Virus record (IMG/VR): IMGVR_UViG_3300024243_000022
Coordinates: 1 to 56,719 of that record
From: a virus
Lineage: Duplodnaviria > Caudoviricetes
Length of the DNA: 56,719 nt
Direction: 5' to 3' (one strand)
The notes below the pieces were generated by a model, which did no database searches, was not told the origin of the DNA, and was given only the letters and a program-made list of their open reading frames with translations. Positions 8,475-18,308 of this stretch are shown here, piece by piece. Every line of letters starts with the position of its first letter. Within the stretch, counting starts at the first letter, position 1. The translations under genes were made by a program, and so were the position numbers.

Positions 8475-11400
8475 AATGTACTCCTTTGTTTTTCGTACTT
8501 GTTTGGTTTAAAAGTTTGCTTCAAATTTCTATTTAGCCATTTGCCAGTTATATAAGGTATCAAGAGCTTGGGCTTAGAAGTATACACTGCATTGTTGTAT
8601 GCACGTATCTTGTCTGCTAAGTCCATTAATATTTCTGGGTCTTGCTTATATAGTGGCAAAGTGTAAAATCTGTTGTAGCGTCGTAGTATGTCAGACCGGT
8701 CTGCAGTGTACTCTCTACGTTCTTGCGTCTCTGACCATTGACGGTCACGGATAGCCGAGAGTCTTGACGGACTGAATGAGAAGAGTCTGAGTATAACTTC
8801 ATACGGTGTGCTCTTCAGTGGTGTCGTACCGTGATACACAGGTGCATATGAACCAGTAGTAAGTCCTTCAGTAAACTCTCGTTTACCCTTGATGATATTA
8901 CCCAGTGCTCTAGGTGCTAAGTCCTCAAGTCCTTTCTCAGTTTCACCAAATGTGAAGTGCTCGTACGCTTTGGCAAAGTCTGACCATATGGCAAGTGGTG
9001 CACCACCAATCTCTATGACCTTCTTAGGAAATGGACTATTCATCTGGAGTGATCCAGTCATGTCTATTCCAGTTGTTGCACCAATTAAACCTGTACGAGC
9101 TATAGTATCTGATCCAGTTAAGTCTTCAATAAATTGGTAGAACCTTTCTTCTGGGTCTTCGTGTCCTGGCCACATAGCTTTGATAAGTGTAGTTAACATA
9201 GTAGCTGGTACTCCAGCCAATAGAGCTGGCGCCATCAGCATATACAGTGGCGCAATAATCTGTTTCTTGTTAAGTCCAAGGTCAAGCATGTTCAGTATGT
9301 AGTTGTGCTGAAACTTCATAAATGTAAAGGGCAAGTCAAGTAGTCGTATCTTCTGGATAACCCAAGGCTTGGCTGCTTTACCATATGTACCATGAGCTTG
9401 ACTTGATATTTCTTTGGCATGCTGCAGCAGTTCTTTATGCGCTTTCTCAATCAGCTTGGGGTCTTTAGAAGAGTTCAAGGTAGTGTTAATTCTCTTATAC
9501 ATCTCCTTATCAGACTGTCTTAGAGCTTTATAAGCAGCAAATATAGTTGTAGCACGATTCACCTTCTCAGTTGCTCCAAACATGACCATAGCGTGTTTTA
9601 GAATCTCATTAAAGACTCTAGAACCTATACCTTGTATTACACGAGCAGCCTCATAGTTGAAATTTGCTTCATCCCAGCCTTGACTTGTTATGTAGTCAAA
9701 TATCGCCTTATCTTCAGCTGATAACGTGCCTGAACCAACCAGACTATGTATACCTAGTTTCTTAGATAAGCCAGCTCTGTATTTTGTATACTGAGTAACA
9801 CTGTTTGCTACATGCTTTCCAGACTGTGCAAGATTTAAGCCAGTGTAACCAGTAATTGTAGCAGGTACAGCAAGTACCATATTTGTCAAGTTGACTGCTG
9901 CTGAACTTACACGACCACCTAAGTACATGACGACTGCTAAAGCTTTGAAGTAACCAACAGCTCTGTCAAACCCTGTATCAGGCTTTAAGAAGAACTGCAT
10001 GTATAAACGTGTTGCTTTATATAATCCTTTCTGGGTAGTAGGATCAATTGCTTTTTTCTTTACTTCAGTCAAGTAGTCCGTGTACGTGCCTTTCTTGTTA
10101 GTCTTCTGCCAGTCTTTAAATGACGTTTCACGACCTGTAAAAGCTAGGAGCATGTTACGTGTTGTTGTACGACGTGCTTCACCAGCAGCAAGTCGCTGTG
10201 CGTAACTTGTAAAAGCTTTATTCATGTCAGTCTCGAAGCCAGCGTAGTATCTTTTAGATCGCTGTTTACGTGATGTCAGTCTACCTTTTATCTTATACAC
10301 GTCTGCAATGTTCTGCGCCATTTGATTGTGTATAGACTGCAGTACTTTAGTATCAGCGTCTTTCTTAACATTTTCTTCTGCGTTCTTAAGTAACGAGTCC
10401 ATAGATGTTATGAGCCCAGGAACATCAAAGATCACATCAGTAGGTGTAGGAGTTACTTTTATACTTACGTCATAACCGAGTGCTTTAAGACGTCTTGCTT
10501 CCACACCAACTGGCATTCTTGTATTAATCAACTGACGTGTCTTATTTACCCAAGGAGAAGACAATACGTTCTGTGGCAGATACCCTGAGTAAGTCTTTGT
10601 CACTAACTTACCGTTTGAGTGCTCCGCTTTTAGAACATAGGCTTTACTCTGTCGTTCTCTAGGAAAGTAAGTACCTCGTAAGTCGCCTATCCTTGTTATT
10701 AACTGGCTAATGGCGAGCTGCCGTGTTTTGCCTTTGTCATCTGTATATTGTGCTGTAGGAGCTTTAAGTCCATTCTCTTTGGCACTTGCAACTTGGCGTC
10801 TTAGCTCTTCTGTTAGTAGTGTAAAGCCTCGGTCAGTCAACAAACGTGCTTCTTTCACCATGTCCAGAGATGCTTGATTGAACTTGCGTTTCTTGAGCAT
10901 CTGCTGCTCGAATGATATCATCTTGCGTGTGGCTTCTTCTTCAGTCTTAGCTCTTCCAACAACTTTGTTAGATGGGTTCATCACTAGCCATGTAGTCTTC
11001 ACCACTTTAGCGTTCTCAGTCTTTGTCACTGTGCTCTTAGTCTTTACTGAATATCCTCTACCTGTTGCATCTGTCTGCAGTAAGTAGTCATTAGCAATCT
11101 TGTAAGCTTTCTTGTAGCCACTAGTCTTCTTAAGATTCTTAATCAAGTTAGTCCAGTTACCGAGCACGAACTTCTCAATAGTATATTTAAGGTTATCTTC
11201 TCGTAATGCATGACTCATAACCTTCTTGGCTTGTGCACCACGTCTCAAGTAATACTCAGGAGAGTTAAACAGTAAGCCCATGATACCGATGTTCTGCTCA
11301 TGTGCTTTCCTTGTGAAGCCGTCACTTTCATCAAGCTTGTCAGATTCGTCAATCACGTTGTTGAATAGCTTAGCAATCTTAGCACGTAAAGGCACTTTAG

Positions 11401-14400
11401 AGGTTTCTTGATCTTTCATCACGTCTCTAAAGAGCTTCTCTGCCTCTGCCTTATTGTCACCCAATATCTCGCCATCTAGTTTAGCTTGTTCAGCTTTAGT
11501 ACGCACCTTAGCTGCGAGTGGTACTTTATCAGCAGATACGGTGTCGATAAGCTCTTGATTAAACTCAAACGAATTAAATTCTTTACCTGCTTTTGCGTAG
11601 TCTTTTATCTTGGTTGTAGTTAACTTACCACCGCCATATGGTTTAAATAACTTAGTAATAGTTTGTGGAAGATACTCTGTGTACTTCTTTACTATACCAT
11701 CAACTATTTGAATACCTTCAGTTGAGTCATATATCCATTTACCATCAGCATCTTGTCTAAAATTACTAGGCCAACCTTCTATAGCTGCTACATGATAAGG
11801 AGTCTTTGCCCAGATAAGTTTTGTGTGTCCTAGTGCTACGGCTTCCATAACCGCTCGTTTAAGAGCTAACTGAGTAGAATTGTCTTTAAATGGAAGATCG
11901 GGCTGTGCTCTAAGACTTTTTTTAGCTAAGAATGCTGGTTCTATAAGTTTTTCCATAACTTTTGAATCACGAATTATACTTTCTACGTCTTGTACAGAGA
12001 TAGATTTACGTACGTCTCTAGACAATCCACGTATTATATTAATCGCTAAATCTTCTGCGTCTACGTAAATAGCGGGACTATATGGACCAAAAGGACCAAA
12101 GAAACGTCCTTCCACGTGTATTTTAAAGTTTCTTTTTACGTCTTTATCATCTAAGTTTTTCTTCGTTATAGGAATAGTATCGTGCATCTTATTGACTATA
12201 TAGTTTACATAATGTTTAACTTTGGCATTTCCAGGTTCAGTTAACTGCCTTAGTTTAAGCGTATTTTTATCATATGTTTTTTTATCAGTATACCCGTACT
12301 TCTTTGCGTCTTGATGAGTATCAGACTGAATCTCGTGTATATATAATCCGTCACCTATAGAAGATACACGTAAATGTACTACTTCATTTTCTAACCTAAA
12401 GTGTTTACCTTTTTTACTAAGTTCAGTGTCTTTTATAGCTGGAATTTGTATAATTATCTCTTGGTAGTCTTTTAAACCTGTGGCTGTTGGTAAAGTAACA
12501 TAGTCAGCTTCAACAGGCGCATTTCTATAAGCATCGCTAAATAAGGCGTCTTGTACCTCAGTTAAGTAACCTTGATCTTGTACAGCGTCTCGAATAATTC
12601 GCCAGTCTTCTACTAAGTCTTCGTCAGCAAGTAAAAAGTCTTTGCTTTGTTTACTCATTAAGTCAGAGCTAATTGGAGCTAAACTATCTCTAAGAGAATT
12701 ACTGTCTAAAGATGTGTCGTTTAAAACATTAATTAAAAGATGATCCCGTACTTCAGGATATACACCTAAATTGTCTAACTTATCACGAATTATGTCTCTG
12801 AATACTATATACTTATCATCCACAGCTACAATTAGTGTAGCAAAAGTATAAGACTCGCCTTTATTAAAATCACCATTTATATCTGGATACTCAGTTTCAT
12901 TAATAGGCTTTGTTAAAAGTTCATTAACTCTATTAACAGCAGGTCCCGAAAACCCACTAGCTCGTTCAGCTATATAGTCTTCTGGATTTATACCTTCTTC
13001 ATGTAACTGATCAAATAGTGTTATATCGCGACCACCTAGTACAGTCTCATCCATTCTTGCTTTTAGGCCGTACTTAGCTAAGTGGTCCATAACTTGCTGC
13101 TTAGTAACTTTGCCTTTCTGTTTCTGCATCCACTCACGTAAATTAGAAAAGAAGAACTCTTCTTTTACATGAATCGGCATAGACTTGTTTGTCCAAGACT
13201 TAAATGTGTTAAGCCAGTTTTCAGGAGTCGCTTTACCTGGACCCTTAGCTTGTATGAAGTCGTCTTCAAGTCGTGAAGAAAACTTAGGTGCCAACTTAGA
13301 AGCTTTAGGTTTCGTTGGCGGTTTTAAAGGCAGTATATCAGCGTTCTTTCTGTCTTTGGCTTTCTCTAGTACGGTAATATTTCCAGGTGTTGTCATACCA
13401 CCCTGAGGCTTAGCTTTATAACCACCAAAAGCGTCATCATATACTTTTGCAAAAGCTATCATGCCAGAAGTTAAAAAATCATATCGTTGTTCTAACTCAG
13501 CTTTTAACTTCGTGTACTCCCTAAATTTAAAAATACCTATTTCAGCTGTTAAAGCTTGCTTAGCATTCCATATTTTCTTTCTAGCTTGTACGTCAGTATC
13601 TTCAGCTTTTATACCTGTTGCAGCGTCCCAAATTTTAAAAACTTCAGGTCGCATAGCATAATAAACTCGATCAGCTACTTCTACAGGAGTAATTGCAATT
13701 CTGTCGTTTACCGACGTTTTATCGTAAGCCGACTTTGCAGGGAATTTTATTATTTTAGAAGCTAAGGGAATATCATTACGTTTTTTAACTACAGTTTGAT
13801 TTAGTATTTTTTGATCCCATATAACGTAGTTAAAAGTTTTTCTTTCGTATCTTTTATACCGCGTCCAACCATCAATGAAACGTAAACCTGGAATACCAAA
13901 TTTTTTAAACTCTAATGACGCAGCTTTATCTGATCCAAGCGCTTTAGATACGGCTCTGTATATATAACTACCTAGAGTATTATTATTTATACGCCGCATG
14001 TGAAGCTTGTTTTTGTATGGCACACTGTTTTTTCTTTGTACACTGTTAATAAGCTTGTGCATCTTTGCTCGTGCCATTGGTTTTTGTTGACCTAATGTTC
14101 TATCCCAATGAAAAAGTTGACTTATAGCAGGCGAAGGCATTTCTAACTTATACAAAGACGCGTCTTTATTAGTTGAGCGCGTAAAGTTTATCTTAGCTTG
14201 TTTAAGTTTCCAAGCATTTATAAGATGCCCTGCTTGATCATATAAAGGCAGTAGCCGTGCATTTTCAAAAGATGCTTGATCACGACGTAAGGCTTCAAGT
14301 TCAATATCTAAATACCACAAAGCATCTTCATATATTTCTTGTGTGTCGTGTATATGTGTAGTACCATTAAATGCAAATCCTACATATGCAAGTGCTATAT

Positions 14401-17400
14401 CTTCAGCAGTATTAGCGTCAACAAACTGGCCGAATAAAATTTTAGTATTATATGCAGTAGGATTGAACTTAATTTTCTTGCCATTTACTGTTACACCTGT
14501 TATATTATACGCTGGAAACTGAAAATACTTATAGTAGTCTAATCCAGTAGCCTTCATTTGGGCCCCATAAAAACCCCAACCATAAGTTTGTACGCCTGAT
14601 CCAGTACTCATTTTATCTAAACGCGGTCTACCGTGTTTAAATCTTGATTCTTTTTGCCAAGTAACTGGACTGCCATGATATACTCTAGACGCAAGTGGAG
14701 CTGAACTTGTTAGTGTAGTATGTCCAAGCTTATTTCTGAGAATGTTACCGACGATCAAACCCATCTCATATCCAGATAAGTTCTCGGTCATGCCTAACTT
14801 ACGTTTCAACCAAGCTTTAAGCTTGAAAACCATCTCTTTATAGAACGGGAGCTTTGTGTTAGCTTCATTCTGGATGTAGTGCATCAGAGTTTCTTCTTCC
14901 CATACTTCTGGTTTACTAGGATACTGTTCCTTTACCCAGTTATGTATATCGAGCAGGACTTTATCTGTCTTGATTCTCTTGGCTGCTGACGCTATGAAGC
15001 TGTTATACATTGCTTTGAATTGCTTGTCTGAAGCCAAAAGTAGATGACCGCCTTCATGGAGTATAACACCCTTGGCTCCACCAGCTCTCACAAGATTCTC
15101 AAGCACTAAATATAGCTTGCCTTTCCAGTAAACACCAGCAACTCTGTTCTTTTCACCTTTGGAGTACTTAGGATCGTCAAAGTCAAGTTCCTGAGTTGAG
15201 TCATATTCTTCGAGGTTAAACTCTTTCTTCACTCCATCTGGTAAGTCTTCCTGGTAGTCTACTGCCTCTACTTTTGACAGGGGGTCATCGATACCCATGT
15301 CTTGCATATCCTGCACAACTTGTGACTCTACGCCTCGAATTTTTATTTGTTCAGCTTTAGTTCTTTTAATGACTTTTTTCTTAGGTTTGGAGCCTTTCTT
15401 AGCTGGTTTCGAGCTCTTTTTAGCTTTCTTAGTAGTAGCGCTAGTCTTCTTCTTTTTAGTCGATTTTTGGCTATCTATAGGCTCCGACTTTTCTACTTTT
15501 TTCTTAGCTTCGCTCTGTGATTCAAGCTCGCGTATTTTATCTTCTATTTGTTTAGCAAATTCAGGGTCTTTCTTCTTATACTCAGTCAGCATACCTTTTA
15601 ATTCAGCTATGCGCTTGTTAATAGCTTTAACAGATGGAGTACCACCAAAGAACCTATCAATAGCTGCACTCATTTCTTTTTTATCGGTGATAGGAGAAGA
15701 TTCTTCTTTTTTAGCTTCGCTCTGTGATTTCTTAAGGTTCATTGTAGCATGCAGACGCTTTACTTTTAAATCATGAATTATCTTTTTTGTATCAGTTATA
15801 ACGTCTTTATGTGCGCCACCTTCTTTGGCATGCTTTAATACATACTGCTGCCCGGCTATCTTGGCGTTAATTTTATCTAACTCAGATTGTTCTTTTGATA
15901 TTACTTTTGTGTCTTTATTCTTTGGCTTTGGAAGCTTGGTACTCTTCTTTTTTGTCTTTGGCTTTTCTACTTTCGTCTTCTCTTTAGACTTAACCTGGCC
16001 TTTCTTATCTTTTGTAATTGTCTTCTCTTTGAACTTGGGTTTCCAGTCAATTGGTACCCAGCGAACTCTGCCGTCATCAAACTCAGCTCGTTTTATAAAA
16101 CCTTTTTTCTCAAGGACTTTAAATGTCTGTGCAGTAACACCAGTTTTAGGACGCTCTTCTTTTTCCATGGCGTCAATGGCTTTTTGATTAAGCCACTTGA
16201 AATTACCAACAATTTTCTTACCATCCATAATTACAGGATAAGGCTTATAATCGTTTTCATCCAGGAGAGATTCCTGTATTTGACCTAAAGCTAGACGTTG
16301 AAATTTACTCAGAGGCTTTTGCTCGCTTGCTTCAGCAGCGTTAAACGGTGTAAACTCTTTCTCTGTTTCATTCGATTGTACATATGGGCCAACTTTAGTC
16401 TTAGTATTTTGTTTTTTAAGCTGAGCTGAATATACTGTACTTGCAAACTCCGCTTGCATTACTTGTACTTCTTTTTTGTCTTTTGGTAGTCCTGTGTCAT
16501 TCGTTTTTTTATTTACATACGCAGTAAAGCTGGAGTGCTTCTTAGCAAAAGTTAACTTTTGAGCAAGAGACATCTTACCCCATTTTATAGTATCTGGCAC
16601 AGGTAGTATAGAGTCTTTGTCTTTTACTTCTTCTGTCTCTTTCTTTAAGCCCTTAGTCTCGACCTTAATACTCTTCATATTAGCTTCGCCACGTAACTCA
16701 TTCTTCTGAGCTGCTGAGTATCCTTTCCAGTCTTCTTCTGTTACGTTGGCAAGCTTGATTACTTCAGCATCAGATAGCTTCTTCGGCTTAGGTGTTTTCT
16801 TGGGTGCAGCTTCTGCTTCACCAGTGTCTTCACGTATAACAAAACCACCCTTAACTTGCTGAACTTTAAACTTTTTCTCTGGATCAAGCTTCCGTATCTT
16901 AAGAGCACCTTCTGCTTTTTTCTTTGTTGTATATGGCTTAGTACTACGTGCAGGAAGTAAGTCACTTTCAAGCATGTCACTTAAGTCTTCTTCAGTGATT
17001 ACTTCTTCTGCATCTGTGGTTTCTTCAGTTTCTTCTTCCTCTGTTTCTTCTATTGTTTCTTCTTCAGCATTCTCAGCAAACTGAGTAGTAGTTGGTTCTT
17101 GCTGTACTTCGTCTTGAATACTGTCAGGTACAGATAAGTCTTTTTTAATACCTGACTTAGTTGCTGCTACAAATGCACCAGCACCGCCTATAGCACCACC
17201 TGATACACCAGATTCTACTATACGTTTTATATTCTCAGGTGTCAGAAACTTCTCATCTGTATTAGCAACAATATTAAGTATTGAACTTACTTCCTGACCA
17301 GCTTCCTGTAACATTTCTGATGGTATATTTGTAAGCAGTTTTTTAGCAGCACGTTTTAAGTATGACCCAGGCATGCCTTTAGCAATAGCACCTACAAAGT

Positions 17401-18298
17401 CGTCAACTAAACCGATATTGCCACCTGCGAGTTCCATAAGACCAGAAAGAACGCCAAAACCTAGTGAAGACATAGGAGCGTCTACGCCGTGCTCAGTCAA
17501 AAGCTCTCCGTAATTAAGACCTGCTTCAAGCTGAGATACTGTACCAACCATACCAGCTTTAGTAAGCTTCGCAACAGTTTTACGACCGCTAGCCTTCATA
17601 TAGCCTTTAAGTAAGGCTTTTTCGAGTTGTTTCTCAGTAGCCTCTCGTGCAGTTTCTTTTATGACCTTATTTTTGATTTGGTGTGCAACTGCTGCCTTAG
17701 CTTTTTCTCTGACCATTTTTCTCAAGCCATGTTTTACTACAGAGTATCCGACACCAGCAGATAGAGTTGTACCGATAATTGTTTCAGCTATAATAGGAAC
17801 TTGGGATGCAATTAAACCTTGAAACCAATCTACTCCTGTTCCTATACCTTTTACTTCATCAAGACTCAGAGTAGGATACTGACTTGCTTCGTCTTCGTAC
17901 TGCGCGTACTTATCCATACTAAAATCTTGAACAGCACTACCAGTGTCTTTAACAATGTCTATACCAAGTTTTTCTCCTGCGTACTTTGCTAAAGAACCAA
18001 GCACACCACCAAAGCCAGCCACACCTTGTTTAGTCGTAGCTATACCTTGTTTTAGACCGCGCTCTACATCTCCTAAGCGCAGCTTATTTGCTTCAGCTTG
18101 ACGCTGTCTTAAAAGCTGGTGCTGCCAGTCTTCTTCATTAATACCAGACATAGTACGCGCGATTTGACCAAAGGGAACGCCTTGCTCAACAAGTGGTCGA
18201 ATATCTACACCTTGATTTACTGCTAGACCTATAGCGATCTCTTGATCTGACATACCTTCTTGTAAGGCCGTCATATAATTTTCAGGAGTAAAGGGCAT
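8471..18298 (-). CDS. giant (3275 aa) polyvalent virion/ejection protein with zincin metallopeptidase, ART-like/LPD-type and C-terminal helical modules
   Basis: ILHEGGHLL zincin motif; VYHGSP...GSGVQTYGWGFY...NYVIWD module; IHEIQSD...PDLPFK module; last gene of the ejection-protein block. Confidence 0.85.
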   Translation of the reverse strand: MPFTPENYMTALQEGMSDQEIAIGLAVNQGVDIRPLVEQGVPFGQIARTMSGINEEDWQHQLLRQRQAEANKLRLGDVERGLKQGIATTKQGVAGFGGVLGSLAKYAGEKLGIDIVKDTGSAVQDFSMDKYAQYEDEASQYPTLSLDEVKGIGTGVDWFQGLIASQVPIIAETIIGTTLSAGVGYSVVKHGLRKMVREKAKAAVAHQIKNKVIKETAREATEKQLEKALLKGYMKASGRKTVAKLTKAGMVGTVSQLEAGLNYGELLTEHGVDAPMSSLGFGVLSGLMELAGGNIGLVDDFVGAIAKGMPGSYLKRAAKKLLTNIPSEMLQEAGQEVSSILNIVANTDEKFLTPENIKRIVESGVSGGAIGGAGAFVAATKSGIKKDLSVPDSIQDEVQQEPTTTQFAENAEEETIEETEEEETEETTDAEEVITEEDLSDMLESDLLPARSTKPYTTKKKAEGALKIRKLDPEKKFKVQQVKGGFVIREDTGEAEAAPKKTPKPKKLSDAEVIKLANVTEEDWKGYSAAQKNELRGEANMKSIKVETKGLKKETEEVKDKDSILPVPDTIKWGKMSLAQKLTFAKKHSSFTAYVNKKTNDTGLPKDKKEVQVMQAEFASTVYSAQLKKQNTKTKVGPYVQSNETEKEFTPFNAAEASEQKPLSKFQRLALGQIQESLLDENDYKPYPVIMDGKKIVGNFKWLNQKAIDAMEKEERPKTGVTAQTFKVLEKKGFIKRAEFDDGRVRWVPIDWKPKFKEKTITKDKKGQVKSKEKTKVEKPKTKKKSTKLPKPKNKDTKVISKEQSELDKINAKIAGQQYVLKHAKEGGAHKDVITDTKKIIHDLKVKRLHATMNLKKSQSEAKKEESSPITDKKEMSAAIDRFFGGTPSVKAINKRIAELKGMLTEYKKKDPEFAKQIEDKIRELESQSEAKKKVEKSEPIDSQKSTKKKKTSATTKKAKKSSKPAKKGSKPKKKVIKRTKAEQIKIRGVESQVVQDMQDMGIDDPLSKVEAVDYQEDLPDGVKKEFNLEEYDSTQELDFDDPKYSKGEKNRVAGVYWKGKLYLVLENLVRAGGAKGVILHEGGHLLLASDKQFKAMYNSFIASAAKRIKTDKVLLDIHNWVKEQYPSKPEVWEEETLMHYIQNEANTKLPFYKEMVFKLKAWLKRKLGMTENLSGYEMGLIVGNILRNKLGHTTLTSSAPLASRVYHGSPVTWQKESRFKHGRPRLDKMSTGSGVQTYGWGFYGAQMKATGLDYYKYFQFPAYNITGVTVNGKKIKFNPTAYNTKILFGQFVDANTAEDIALAYVGFAFNGTTHIHDTQEIYEDALWYLDIELEALRRDQASFENARLLPLYDQAGHLINAWKLKQAKINFTRSTNKDASLYKLEMPSPAISQLFHWDRTLGQQKPMARAKMHKLINSVQRKNSVPYKNKLHMRRINNNTLGSYIYRAVSKALGSDKAASLEFKKFGIPGLRFIDGWTRYKRYERKTFNYVIWDQKILNQTVVKKRNDIPLASKIIKFPAKSAYDKTSVNDRIAITPVEVADRVYYAMRPEVFKIWDAATGIKAEDTDVQARKKIWNAKQALTAEIGIFKFREYTKLKAELEQRYDFLTSGMIAFAKVYDDAFGGYKAKPQGGMTTPGNITVLEKAKDRKNADILPLKPPTKPKASKLAPKFSSRLEDDFIQAKGPGKATPENWLNTFKSWTNKSMPIHVKEEFFFSNLREWMQKQKGKVTKQQVMDHLAKYGLKARMDETVLGGRDITLFDQLHEEGINPEDYIAERASGFSGPAVNRVNELLTKPINETEYPDINGDFNKGESYTFATLIVAVDDKYIVFRDIIRDKLDNLGVYPEVRDHLLINVLNDTSLDSNSLRDSLAPISSDLMSKQSKDFLLADEDLVEDWRIIRDAVQDQGYLTEVQDALFSDAYRNAPVEADYVTLPTATGLKDYQEIIIQIPAIKDTELSKKGKHFRLENEVVHLRVSSIGDGLYIHEIQSDTHQDAKKYGYTDKKTYDKNTLKLRQLTEPGNAKVKHYVNYIVNKMHDTIPITKKNLDDKDVKRNFKIHVEGRFFGPFGPYSPAIYVDAEDLAINIIRGLSRDVRKSISVQDVESIIRDSKVMEKLIEPAFLAKKSLRAQPDLPFKDNSTQLALKRAVMEAVALGHTKLIWAKTPYHVAAIEGWPSNFRQDADGKWIYDSTEGIQIVDGIVKKYTEYLPQTITKLFKPYGGGKLTTTKIKDYAKAGKEFNSFEFNQELIDTVSADKVPLAAKVRTKAEQAKLDGEILGDNKAEAEKLFRDVMKDQETSKVPLRAKIAKLFNNVIDESDKLDESDGFTRKAHEQNIGIMGLLFNSPEYYLRRGAQAKKVMSHALREDNLKYTIEKFVLGNWTNLIKNLKKTSGYKKAYKIANDYLLQTDATGRGYSVKTKSTVTKTENAKVVKTTWLVMNPSNKVVGRAKTEEEATRKMISFEQQMLKKRKFNQASLDMVKEARLLTDRGFTLLTEELRRQVASAKENGLKAPTAQYTDDKGKTRQLAISQLITRIGDLRGTYFPRERQSKAYVLKAEHSNGKLVTKTYSGYLPQNVLSSPWVNKTRQLINTRMPVGVEARRLKALGYDVSIKVTPTPTDVIFDVPGLITSMDSLLKNAEENVKKDADTKVLQSIHNQMAQNIADVYKIKGRLTSRKQRSKRYYAGFETDMNKAFTSYAQRLAAGEARRTTTRNMLLAFTGRETSFKDWQKTNKKGTYTDYLTEVKKKAIDPTTQKGLYKATRLYMQFFLKPDTGFDRAVGYFKALAVVMYLGGRVSSAAVNLTNMVLAVPATITGYTGLNLAQSGKHVANSVTQYTKYRAGLSKKLGIHSLVGSGTLSAEDKAIFDYITSQGWDEANFNYEAARVIQGIGSRVFNEILKHAMVMFGATEKVNRATTIFAAYKALRQSDKEMYKRINTTLNSSKDPKLIEKAHKELLQHAKEISSQAHGTYGKAAKPWVIQKIRLLDLPFTFMKFQHNYILNMLDLGLNKKQIIAPLYMLMAPALLAGVPATMLTTLIKAMWPGHEDPEERFYQFIEDLTGSDTIARTGLIGATTGIDMTGSLQMNSPFPKKVIEIGGAPLAIWSDFAKAYEHFTFGETEKGLEDLAPRALGNIIKGKREFTEGLTTGSYAPVYHGTTPLKSTPYEVILRLFSFSPSRLSAIRDRQWSETQERREYTADRSDILRRYNRFYTLPLYKQDPEILMDLADKIRAYNNAVYTSKPKLLIPYITGKWLNRNLKQTFKPNKYEKQRSTL

Positions 18299-18308
18299 AT
18301 ATCCTCTC

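Noticed and set aside
8471-18298. N4-like virion RNA polymerase
   Set aside because: Similar size and an N4-type capsid, but no recognisable single-subunit RNAP motifs; peptidase and LPD-type motifs are present instead.
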